DNA from: Nemertoderma westbladi
Lineage: Eukaryota; Animalia; Xenacoelomorpha
Assembly: GCA_032718475.1 (NCBI GenBank)
Contig: JAUCBJ010005823.1
Span: 1-45,157 of the forward strand
Length of the DNA: 45,157 nt
Direction of reading: 5' to 3'
The notes under the pieces were generated by a model. That model did no database searches and had not been told where the DNA came from. It was given only the letters and a program-made list of their open reading frames with translations. Of the stretch, positions 21,089 to 31,913 are shown piece after piece. A program made the translations under genes and the position numbers. How positions within the stretch are numbered: position 1 is the stretch's first letter; every line of letters starts with the position of its first letter.

Positions 21089-23406
21089 CTAGTAATACAT
21101 ATATGACGGATTATCATAAGAAGAGGAAGCCACATTCCGATGGAGCCTCGGCAGAGGTGGTGGTGGTTGTCTTGGCGCAGTTTGTACTTCGCTGTAAGAC
21201 CTAACACCTTGAGGGTAGTGTTGTAAACCACGACCCTGAGGTTGAAAACTGTACCGCAGTACCGGCATTTCTTTAAACTGCTGTTGTTGTCGAATCCGGG
21301 ATCCTAACTCATTCATAAAATTATCATCAAGGACAGTCCCGAGATGATAATCAGCACGGGGCACATTAATATATGGTACAACATTAGAGACAGTTGCTAC
21401 TGGTAAATGTGGCTCCTCAAAGTGACTAGGTTCTCGTTTTTTTGATAGGCCCTTACAAAAACGAACGGTCACAGCCAAAATAATGACGATAATAATGATA
21501 CCGGCAATTACACTGTATAGAACTGTCTTTGAATTATCCCAATTGAGACCGAACATGTATGTTGGTTCGGCTGTGGTTGTATGGGCATCCGCATTACGGT
21601 TGGTTATATTCATGTAAAAAATGATCTGTTCCGTTTTTGACACAATATCCGAATCAAATTGGCATATAACTTTGCAAGTCCACAACCCGTTATCAGATGA
21701 TGATGCTCCAATACGCAAATTACTATCTGATGACGTATATCTACCATTATGATGCCACGACTGATCGCAGTCTTGCGAAGAAGCTCTATATAGGCACTGT
21801 GCTTCCACATTAGAAAACTCTTCAACTTTAACATCACTGCCATTCGTGACAGATGTGCCTTGTAAAGATATAGAAATAATAGGACCATACTCCACATGAA
21901 GAACAACTGAACAAGATATTGACTCAGCAACATATGTTGCCATGCATGACAATTTTTTATCATGATGGTCTATAGTTGGGCGATGAAGGCGTATAGATTT
22001 ACAGTTGTTGTTGTTTTGCACACTTGGACAACTCATTCCTGGTAAAGTTACACCATCAAGTGTCCATGTCAATGATACAAAATTGTTTGTAAATGTGTTC
22101 TGAGCTTGACATGAAATAACAGGCCATTCCAAACCACTGTCGATGTGGTTGACGAAAACCCCATCAACATTTGAACAAACTATTGATATTGGTGGATGAG
22201 ATGTGGTGTTAAAACCGACACCTGGTGTATTTGAGACTATATGAGTGGTATTACCACCAGTTGAAAATGTATTAGATGTAGTTAATGATGTAGATGGAAT
22301 TAATGCTGTTGAAGTAACTAATGTTGTAGATGTAGCTGTTGGTGTGGTTGTAACCTCTGATGTGGATGTAACTGGTGAGGTGGATGTAGAAACGGCAGAC
22401 AGGGTTGCCATTGTTTCAGGACCAACTACTTGAAGACAATTAACACCACTGTAACCTTGATCGCATTGACATTCGAGAATGTTGTTACAAGTTCCATGGA
22501 TTCCGCAATCAATTTCACAGGTTTCGAGATTATCAATCAAAACACATTCTTGATTAACGCACACTTTATCCATATCATTACCACAGATTTGACCATCAGG
22601 AACCATTTTATAATTATCTATATTACTGTCATCTGTAATCACGAATTTAGTACAATTAACTCCTGAAAAACTTAATGTTGAATATGCTGCAATATCGAAA
22701 TTATTTATCTTCGATATTTCAAAATTGTTACAAAACAGAACCCCGCATTCAGAATTCTCATTGGTGCACGACACAAGAGGATTTTTATTACAGTAACCAT
22801 AGGCAACATTGGTATTTAGAGAACTAAAACAAGCATCAACTGCTGCTTCAGATTCTTGACCCAAGTATTGTTTGCACACGTTGGTAGATGAGGCACAATT
22901 ACCGTTGTAACATGTTCCTGAAGTCACCCCGTCAGAAGTGCACAAAGTTCCATCAACAATAAAAGTATCAACTGGACATTCAGCTGATAAACCATCGCAA
23001 TATTCAGCAATATCACACCAAGTATTATGGAGAGGACGGCATGGTGTAGATAAAGGTTTAACCTGACACTCAGAACAACAAGGTAAAGCATTAGAACAAG
23101 CCGCTTCTTCTTTCAACAAACATATTTCAGCATCACAACATGAATCATCACAAGTCGTAGGATCACCACAATCGCATTCCTCTCCAGTCTCTAAGTAATG
23201 GTTTCCACATATCGGTCCTCCATAGATAACTTTGGGTTGGTCGTACAAACACGGAAACTTGTCTTCTGTAATCCCAACTAATGTTTCAGTACTGCAGTCT
23301 GTCCATTTTTGAGCCAGACTCAGAGAGTTGCTTGATGAATTCATTACACACGATTCAATTGTCGATTCACTGCAATAGCAACTGGTTGGATCGTAGTGAC
23401 GAAGAC
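21089..23406 (-). CDS. ADAM-family metalloprotease, exon 4 (end of M12B domain, disintegrin, Cys-rich, EGF, S/T stalk, two Ig-like domains, TM, cytoplasmic tail)
   Basis: Acceptor TTTTTGCAG|GT at 23406 continues G-LRHYD...CVM (third His and Met-turn). It is followed by CGNHYLETGEECDCG, CDIAEYCDGLSAECP, EGF CGIHGTCNNILECQCDQGYSGVNC and TM VLYSVIAGIIIIVIILAVTV, with the stop at 21089. Confidence 0.93.
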
Positions 23407-25187
23407 CTGCAAAAATATAAAAATTATAGTAATAAAAATGTAATAAAAGGGCCGGAAAGCTGCACTCTCTGATTCATGTATGTATTGTATTACTTACTTA
23501 CTGCATAAAGGTGAGTACGGTGAGCAGCTACATGGCTCGAATATTTACTTATCCATCCGTATAGTATTAGATACCCCACGCACCAAGCATTTATAATATT
23601 CTAATATAATATGAATGATATATTACGTGGAAAAATTATAAGAGATCATAACATTCTATACTACACCATGCGTGTCTCGTAATACGTAATCATTTTCTTA
23701 TGACAAGGATCTCCGATATGAAGCAAATGTTTATTTCCCTTTTTTCCAGTTTCATTGTGTAGTAATTAATGATTTATTGGTCGAAGATTGCCGCTCTGGG
23801 TATCAGAAGTCGTCCACACACTTAACACAACATTTTTCGGAGCGTTTCAATCAGACATTTCCTGCGAACTGTCGAACTTAATTGTCAAAATCTTGGTCAA
23901 CCTAAAGTTAAGAAAATGACCCAAACTAGCAGCAAACTAGCAAACCAAACTAGCAGATCCAATGATCTAAGGAAACTTCGGGCTAACTCTAGTGATTGGG
24001 AGAGTACTCCCACGTCACCAGCAAAATCCAGATCAACCTAGTGGATTTCCTAGTCTTCTGGGGAGAGTATAGGATGTGTTATCATCACCCCATCTTCAAT
24101 ATTAGTATAAATAGTTGTGTTGAACGTAATAATCCCCAGATGTTGCCGCGGAGCATCCACTGCCGTACATCCTTGAATAGTAGCTAAAAGAGTACCAGTT
24201 CCCTTGGAAGTATAATTCTTCTGGGGGGACCCGCAATGGAAATAAGTTGTCAGACTTAGTGCGAAATCCCTGGACTAACAAGTTTACTTTTTAAGTAGCC
24301 ATCGTAGAAGGCTAAACAACTATCGGAAATGGGACTGTAGATGAAAATATTTCAAAAATTAGTATAACTCAATGAAAATTATCGGTTAAACTTGGTCACA
24401 AGCAAATAAATTTGGGGCGAATATGAAATATAATTTCATTACAATATTGTGATTAGAAAGCCAGATAGGGGAGGGGCTCTATATACGACATTAAAATTCA
24501 CCCGTGATGAGGAAAATCGCCGCAAATAACAAATGATTAATCCCCAAAATAGATCTACATCCTGTTCTAAAGATTTATATTCTAGTTCTATTGATCTATT
24601 AGTTTATTGTTTTGGTTAGAATATCGTGCCACTGTAAACTCCTCCTTTTCCTTAATTTATATTTTAACATTGAGACGAGATATTAATTCGACTGGAATAT
24701 ATTTGTGTTTAGTTTAACCCCATGTCTTTAGGAAATATAATTCCCCCCCCCCCCCCCCCCCCCTTTCCCTTAATATTTTTAAGTTAATTAAAAAAATTAA
24801 TATATTTAATTTTAAATTTTAAAATTAAAATATTTAAGCCCAATGATATGCGACCAGTTTGCGCCAATTCTATGTTACATAACACACAAAAAAATAATGT
24901 CGTCTGTTAGTCGGCATGTCTGTTAAAAAATAATAAATGGTGCTAATTTACTGAAATTTTCACCTTTGGGGGTTTTTATGTTCGCTGAATTCATTTCCGA
25001 TGTCAGTGTTCATGTTTGATGGAATATAGGCTGTTTGTCGGTATGTCTGTCAAAAGTCAAACAGAGAAACCGACAGCCCTTATTAGGTCTGGTATGAAAA
25101 CTGACTTCAAAAATAAAATAACCAACCAGGAAAATCCCCATTTCGAAAATTTTAGAATGGAAACCATTGCTAAAGTGTGCAACAAAC

Positions 25188-25369
25188 CTAAATTGTGGCC
25201 CATTTCGTGTGCGACCGTGTTGCTTAGGAACGCTATATCGTTTCCGTGGTAACCTAATACACCCGAGCTAGATCTATCCTGACACATTCCATCGACTGCA
25301 GCCAGACCCAGTACATTGTCATCGAATGAAGCGTTTGTTATCAATTGCGCGTTGTCGAAACTGGTAACT
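25188..25369 (-). CDS. ADAM exon 3 (catalytic HEMGHNLG)
   Basis: Encodes DNAQLIT...VLGLAAVDGMC...TVAHEMGHNLG. Acceptor TTTAG|A at 25369 (alternative in-phase acceptor at 25360) and donor TTAG|GTTTGT. Phases match the neighbouring exons. Confidence 0.9.
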
Positions 25370-25582
25370 CTAAATATAATTAGCAAATCGACATAATAAT
25401 ATATTATATAAGTTATACATATTTATAATATATCCTATCACTGATTGATATTAAGACGTTTAGATTTCAGGGGGATGGGGTGGGATCACATCTATGCGAA
25501 ATAAGATTATACTTAAATTTGGCGCTTACTGTATATAAGTATTATTATTTTTTCACGATTTGTTTTAGAAATTTATACTCAC

Positions 25583-25693
25583 TCATTATGTGTATCAAGC
25601 CAGTCTCTGAAATTATCTAATGTGGTTTCCGCGATTACAGAAATTTCAATAGGATTTCCATTGTTCCAGATATGAATACAAGCCAATGCGATC
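25583..25693 (-). CDS. ADAM exon 2 (not in the ORF track)
   Basis: CTTAG|G...GA|GTGAGT, 111 nt, phase 2 to phase 2. It encodes RIALACIHIWNNGNPIEISVIAETTLDNFRDWLDTHN, matching the reprolysin IVLVGLEIW...TL..F..W segment. Confidence 0.9.
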
Positions 25694-26003
25694 CTAAGAT
25701 AATATAGAATGAATTTAAAATCGTGTCTAAAAAATTAAAAAATATTCCTTTAAGTGAAATATACATAATTGTCTAAATATTACAAGTTAAAATACCACAA
25801 TTAAACAAATTTATTAAATTATTGTAAATAAATTATTTAAGGAGAAATTACGGATAGCAAAAATACTAAAATATAAAACGCAAAAGTTACAAAAAACGTT
25901 GAAGTAAAAGTTAAAATCGAGGAAACGTGACACAAATCCAACCTCAGCGAGTTAATATATCGTCTCACATGATAATTTACAGTATTATCAATTAATTAAG
26001 GGA

Positions 26004-28087
26004 AAGGAGCAGGTAGGCCTACAGTAAGTTTGTAGCACAGTAAGGAGCAGATGGCCTACAGTAAGTTGATAGCACAGTAAGGAGCCGGTGGCCTACAGTA
26101 AGTTGGTAGCACAGCGAGGAGCAAGTAGGCCTACAGTAAGTTGGTAGCACAGTAAGGAGCAGGTGGCCTACAGTAAGTTGGTAGCACAGTAAGGAGCAGG
26201 TGGCCTACAGTAAGTTGATAGCACAGTAAGGAGCAGGTGGCCTACAGTAAGTTGGTAGCACAGTAAGGAGCAGATGGCCTACAGTAAGTTGATAGCACAG
26301 TAAGGAGCCGGTGGCCTACAGTAAGTTGGTAGCACAGTTAAAGGAGCAGGTAGGCCTACAATAAGTAGGTAGCACAGTAAGGAGCAGGTGGCCTACAGTA
26401 AGTTGGTAGCACAGTTAAAGGAGCAGGTAGGCCTACAAGAAGTAGGTAGCACAGTAAGGAGCAAGTGGCCTACAGTAAGTTGGTAGCACAGTAAGGAGCA
26501 GGTTGCCTACAGTAAGTTGGTAGCACAGTAAGGAGCAGGTGGCCTACAGTAAGTTGGTAGCACAGCGAGGAGCAAGTAGGCCTACAGTAAGTTGGTAGCA
26601 CAGTAAGGAGCAGGTGGCCTACAGTAAGTTGGTAGCACAGTAAGGAGCAGGTGGCCTACAGTAAGTTGGTAGCACAGTTAAAGGAGCAGGTGGCCTACAG
26701 TAAGTTGGTAGCACAGCGAGGAGCAAGTAGGCCTACAGTAAGTTGGTAGCACAGTAAGGAGCAGGTGGCCTACAGTAAGTTGGTAGCACAGCGAGGAGCA
26801 AGTAGGCCTACAGTAAGTTGGTAGCACAGTAAGGAGCAGGTGGCCTACAGTAAGTTGGTAGCACAGTAAGGAGCAGGTGGCCTACAGTAAGTTGGTAGCA
26901 CAGTTAAAGGAGCAGGTGGCCTACAATAAGTAGGTAGCACAGTATGGAGCAGGTGGCCTACAGTAAGTTGGTCGCACAGTTAAAGGAGCAGGTAGGCCTA
27001 CAATAAGTAGGTAGCACAGTAAGGAGCAGGTGGCCTACAGTAAGTTGGTAGCACAGTAAGGAGCAGGTGGCCTACAGTAAGTTGGTAGCACAGTAAGGAG
27101 CAGGTGGCCTACAGTAAGTTGGTAGCACAGTAAGGAGCATGTGGCCTACAGTAAGTTGGTAGCACAGTAAGGAGCAGGTGGCCTACAGTAAGTTGGTAGC
27201 ACAGTAAGGAGCAGGTGGCCTACAGTAAGTTGGTAGCACAGTAAAGAGCAGGTGGCCTACAGTAAGTTGGTAGCACAGTAAGGAGCAGGTAGGCCTACAG
27301 TAAGTTGGTAGCACAGTAAGGAGCAGGTGGCCTACAGTAAGTTGGTAGCACAGTAAGGAGCAGGTGGCCTACAGTATGTTGGTAGCACAGCGAGGAGCAA
27401 GTAGGCCTACAGTAAGTTGGTAGCACAGTAAGGAGCAGATGGCCTACAGTAAGTTGGTAGCACAGTAAGGAGCATGGGGCCTACAGTAAGTTGGTAGCAC
27501 AGTAAGGAGCAGATGACCTACAGTAAGTTGGTAGCACAGCGAGGAGCAAGTAGGCCTACAGTAAGTTGGTAGCACAGTAAGGAGCAGGTGGCCTACAGTA
27601 AGTTGGTAGCACAGTAAGGAGCAGGTGGCCTACAGTAAGTTGGTAGCACAGTAAGGAGCAGGTGGCCTACAGTAAGTTGGTAGCACAGTAAGGAGCAGGT
27701 GGCCTACAGTAAGTTGGTAGCACAGTAAGGAGCATGTGGCCTACAGTAAGTTGGTAGCACAGTAGGGAGCAGGTGGCCTACAGTAAGTTGGTTGCACAGT
27801 AAGGAGCAGGTGGCCTACAGTAAGTTGGTAGCACAGTAAGGAGCAGGTGGCCTACAGTAAGTTGGTAGCACAGTAGGGAGCAGGTGGCATACAGTAAGTT
27901 GGTTGCACAGTAAGGAGCAGGTGGCCTAAAGTAAGTTGGTAGCACAGTAAGGAGCAGGTGGCCTACAGTAAGTTGGTAGCACAGTAAGGAGCAGGTGGCC
28001 TACAGTAAGTTGGTAGCACAGTAGGGAGCAGGTGGCCTACAGTAAGTTGGTTGCACAGTAAGGAGCAGGTGGCCTACAGTAAGTTGT
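26004..28087. repeat. 37-bp satellite (AAGGAGCAGGTGGCCTACAGTAAGTTGGTAGCACAGT), ~56 units, in ADAM intron 1
   Basis: Seen directly, with recurring 38-40-bp variants. Confidence 0.97.
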
Positions 28088-28263
28088 AACCCAGGGATTT
28101 TTCCCCAAATCACTGCAAATAGCTAAAATGATTCCATCCTTTAAAACCGAAGATCCAACGCACCCAAACAATTATCGTCCCATTTCACTCCTCCCGATTT
28201 TAAGTAAAACATTTGAACAGATACAATCATACATCTCCAAACACTACATTATGTCAAATTCTC

Positions 28264-29122
28264 GGATAGTACTTATTAAGTCATATCTGAACCCAATCTG
28301 GACACAATCTGGACCAATCTCGAGAATTATACCAAATCTGAATCCAATTTGAATCGAAAATAGAAAGTGGGGTGAAAATTATTAATTTAAGTATTAACAA
28401 TGTCCGAGTTCGCTCGACCTAGTAGAAGTAGTAGTAGCATTAACAATTTTGAAATATGTGAGGTTTGATCAAGAAATCGACCTACCGTTGCAAAATATTA
28501 TTTCACAGAATTTGAGGTTGAAGTCAAAATAGTCAAAATAGTATAAATTCTTCATATTATGAAGAATTTATACATCTCTTTTTTTCAGTATTTTAAAGTA
28601 TTTAAATTTGCAGGCAGCCGCAGCACACTACTGCTGTATTGGGGACTGCAGTTACTGCTGTTTTGTACTGCTGTCGCTGTGCAGTCGTTACCGTTATAGC
28701 TCACCTCTACCGGTAGGTAGTATCCCAATTGACAACTACAGAACTATGGCTGAACGGTTCTCGTAGCAGTTCGATCCCAGACATGGACTTAAAACATCTT
28801 AAAACATTCTGTAGTTGTCAGTTGGGATACCGCCTACCGGTGCGGTAGAGGTGAGCTATACGTTAACGACTGAATGACGGCACAGCAGTACAATACATCA
28901 GTTACTGTAGTCCCCAATACAGCAGTAGTGCTGCGGCTTAAATCTAAAAAGAAGAGATTTAAAAAATTATTCAAAGTTCAAAATTGTTAATGCAAAAATT
29001 AATAATTTTCACCCCTCTTTCTATTTTCGATTCAGATTGGGTTCAGATTTGGTATAATTCTCGAGATTGGGTCCAGATTCGGTCCAGATTGGGTTCAGAT
29101 AGGTTCAGATATGACTTTAGCC
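28264..29122. mobile_element. Mutator/Foldback-type element with a 9-bp TSD, almost entirely self-complementary
   Basis: TSD CAAATTCTC at 28255-28263 and 29123-29131; removing the insert restores IMSNSQYGFRP. The arms are 28279-28390 / 28997-29116 and 28616-28743 / 28808-28938. Confidence 0.9.
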
Positions 29123-29370
29123 CAAATTCTCAATATGGTTTTCGCCCTAAAACATCCACATCGCATGCCCTCCTCTCAGCCATTGAAAAAATTCATAAAG
29201 CACTAGACCAGAAAACGACCTGCGCTATTTACATTGATCTCTGAAAAAGGCCTCCGATACAATCAACCATAAAATCCTAGTAAATAAACTAGAAAGCTAT
29301 GGCTTACGCGTGCTTCCTCTGAAACTAATTACTAGCTTTTTATCATCCCGACTACAGTGTAAGTATCCGT

Positions 29371-29425
29371 AGGAGGAGTACAGGAGGAGTACAGGAGGAG
29401 TACAGGAGGAGTACAGGAGGAGTAC
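29371..29425. repeat. 11-bp tandem repeat (AGGAGGAGTAC) x5 inside the LINE remnant
   Basis: Seen directly; it sits where the GVPQGS motif is expected. Confidence 0.85.
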
Positions 29426-30031
29426 TCTCTCACTTACTTTTCCTCCTTTATATTAATAATCTACCTAATGCCACTTACTATCCACTCTATTCGCTGATGA
29501 TAAGACACTCTTCCAATCCGGCAACAATATAACTCGTTTAACCAATAATATTAATTCTGAATTAAATAACGTTGCTGATTGGCTGATTGAAAATCGTCTA
29601 TCACTAAATCTAAAATTCTAAATCTAAATTCTAACCAAAACAGTAAACGAAATGCAACGATTTTACCCTGGAGAGGATGATTTCTGATGCGTCGAAAGTC
29701 CCCACTTGGAGTTCCAAATAGATTAATGACATTGAAAATATATTACCACGTCCATAACACGTTGATCACCTGACATTCTCTATTCTAGACTGGAATCAAT
29801 TAAGTAACTGTCATTTTATAACTGCATTATAAATTGGTGTCTCAGTTTATTAGGGGTTTATCGGTTTCTCTAATATTACTGCACTAACATTAAACTTTAT
29901 TAATAAGGGTATATTTTTTTACTTTATCGATTGTATTATATTTAATTATATTTACTTACATATAGAGTTATGTCACCTCTAGATGAAAAAATCTAAACAA
30001 ACATTAACAATCGATTGACCAGCCCACCTAC

Positions 30032-30771
30032 CTAATATTCACTTGTTTGTATAAGAAATCCAATAGATTAGCCAGTTCCATGACATCATCCACCACTCTG
30101 TCAGTGTTCCCTTCATATTCGCCCTCGAACAAATAATAATCAATAAAGATACAGAGTTCTATAAATTTATCGTAAGTTTGCGTTGAAGATCTCGATTTCC
30201 TTACAGACTTGGTGACGTATTCGAATTCCGGAAGTTTGTATTTAGTTTCAGTATCGTCTGAACAATAGTTAACTTTGCCGCCATCCTGAAAATAGCTGCG
30301 GCTAATAACTTGTACACCACATTTGTTTGTCTCAATTCTTAGAATTTGTCGGTTTTTTAGAATAATAGTTCCCTTGACAACGCAGTGACATAAGCTGACC
30401 ACCGCTTTAGATGATTCATCACCAACAAGGTAACCTTGGTAATGGCAATGACTACTCCCAACTGGATGTTGCTTGGCAACTGTACGACCATTACGAGATG
30501 ACAAATAAAGTGTCTTGGAGAACATATCTTGGTGGGTTTGCATTAGTTTAATCTCGTAAAATAATTTGCCCGAAGACAATTTCAATTCAAGCGATTGCGG
30601 GTATTGAGTTGTGGAATTGTTGCATTTGAATTTTGGGTTAAATTCCGCAGAAAATGTAAATTTATCGTCGCAACTTGTACCTTCTGCATAAGAATGAGGA
30701 ACAATTGTTGCTGCCGAAGACAGGATACAAAGCAGATAAATTATAGAAATTATTGACAAAAATGCCATCAC
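30032..30771 (-). CDS. ADAM exon 1 (signal peptide, prodomain, furin site, start of metalloprotease domain)
   Basis: Hydrophobic signal MMAFLSIISIIYLLCILSSAA, prodomain HCHYQGYLVGDESSKAVVSLC, a cysteine-switch-position Cys (NYCS), furin site RKSR and KFIELCIFIDY. Donor ATTAG|GTAGGT. Spliced total 740+111+182+2318 = 3351 nt, ~1116 aa. Confidence 0.92.
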
Positions 30772-31913
30772 TCTTGTTTAACTCATCATTAATCATTCAT
30801 GCTACCCTTGGTTGGCATAATATAGTGTGACATTGACTGACTTCCATTGTACAGGGTCGATAACTACATGACGTCATCTTTATGTTGTGTGCTACAGTAG
30901 TTCGCCATTATCGTAGAAAAAAAACGATTCACTAAATACGGTAGTTTGCGAAAGTTGTAAATTTTACCAAATTTTAGTAATTTAAAGTTTCGACTGAAAC
31001 TAAAGACACCGAGGGAATAAACAAATTTAAGTTGAAGGTGAAATTTTACAAACCTGTACAAGTTTATGTTAATAAATCTATTAAATTTTTTTATGTTGTG
31101 TCGTGTCGTGTGTTTGTTATGAGTTTTTTTTGTAATTTTTTTTGTAAGTTTTCTTTATAATTTTGGCGAAATTATAAAAGGTTGGATCATAAACAAACGG
31201 TGTGGGGGACTTCGCCCCACACCCCAGAGTTATTAAAACACGTTTAATTAATGAGATATCAAATCAATGAATATTATAATTTAAAGTATACCAACTACTG
31301 TATGTACAGTATAACATCAGTAAAGCAACAACTCACTGATAAATTTATTTTTCTTGTATTAATTTATCTTGTAACGATAAAACCTATCAGCTGTCTACAA
31401 AGGGATTCCATCAAATACAAAGAGCCACGCCCGTAAAAGTGCCCCGAAGCGGTTTTCCATCCACCGACGGCGAGTGGCTGTTTCTATATAATTGACATTG
31501 TTTGCCCATCCAGGAGCCTCCAATGGATCTAACGCTTCTTCTGATGCCATGGTAACTCGTGGATAGGTGCCACACCCGAAAATGGACTCTTTTTGAGCAT
31601 CTCTGTTTTTTAAAGAAACAAGATTCTTGAAAATCGCATGAAAGTTGACATTATTATCTTTTTCCTGAACTGACGCCTCATACATAAAAAAAAAGTAAAT
31701 GTGATTGTCCTTCTGCATATACCTGCACAATAGCAGGTAATTATTTTTTGATTTTATGGTAAATGGGAGGGGGGGGGGGGGGGGGGTGTAGTACTAGTTA
31801 TAAATGTACTGGGTTGGATGTCAATATTTTATTTAGTAGAAAATTTAATTAGGAAAAATTAGTAGAACATTTAATATAGATTATTACAACACCACAGACT
31901 TAAGGCCTATTAA

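Larger units (their letters stand above)
28090..29620 (+). mobile_element. Decayed CR1/L2-clade LINE reverse transcriptase fragment, antisense in ADAM intron 1 and interrupted by a foldback element
   Basis: Encodes GFFPKSLQIAKMIPSFK..NNYRPISLLPILSKTFE, SQYGFRPKTSTSHAL, IYIDL-KASDTINHKILVNKLESYG, LFADD (~29487) and WLIENRLSLN, with frameshifts and deletions. Confidence 0.9.

Noticed and set aside
21031-23472. Small ORFs overlapping the ADAM exon in other frames or strands
   Set aside because: Shadow ORFs of a well-supported coding exon; the same applies to those overlapping the SLC22 ORF.
23770-24190. Possible LTR-retrotransposon remnant (GGTATCAGAAGT PBS-like, NPAD-like trace)
   Set aside because: The matches are short and need frameshifts; no LTR pair was seen.
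26004-28087. CRISPR-like 37-bp repeats
   Set aside because: Head-to-tail monomers without spacers, inside a eukaryotic intron.
28279-29116. PIF/Harbinger MITE with a TTA TSD
   Set aside because: The 9-bp duplication CAAATTCTC further out restores the LINE reading frame exactly, so the boundaries are 28264-29122.
31395-31730. 111-aa minus-strand ORF with a plausible splice acceptor upstream of the ADAM gene
   Set aside because: No recognisable motif or partner exon. It could be UTR or a decayed element and cannot be supported.
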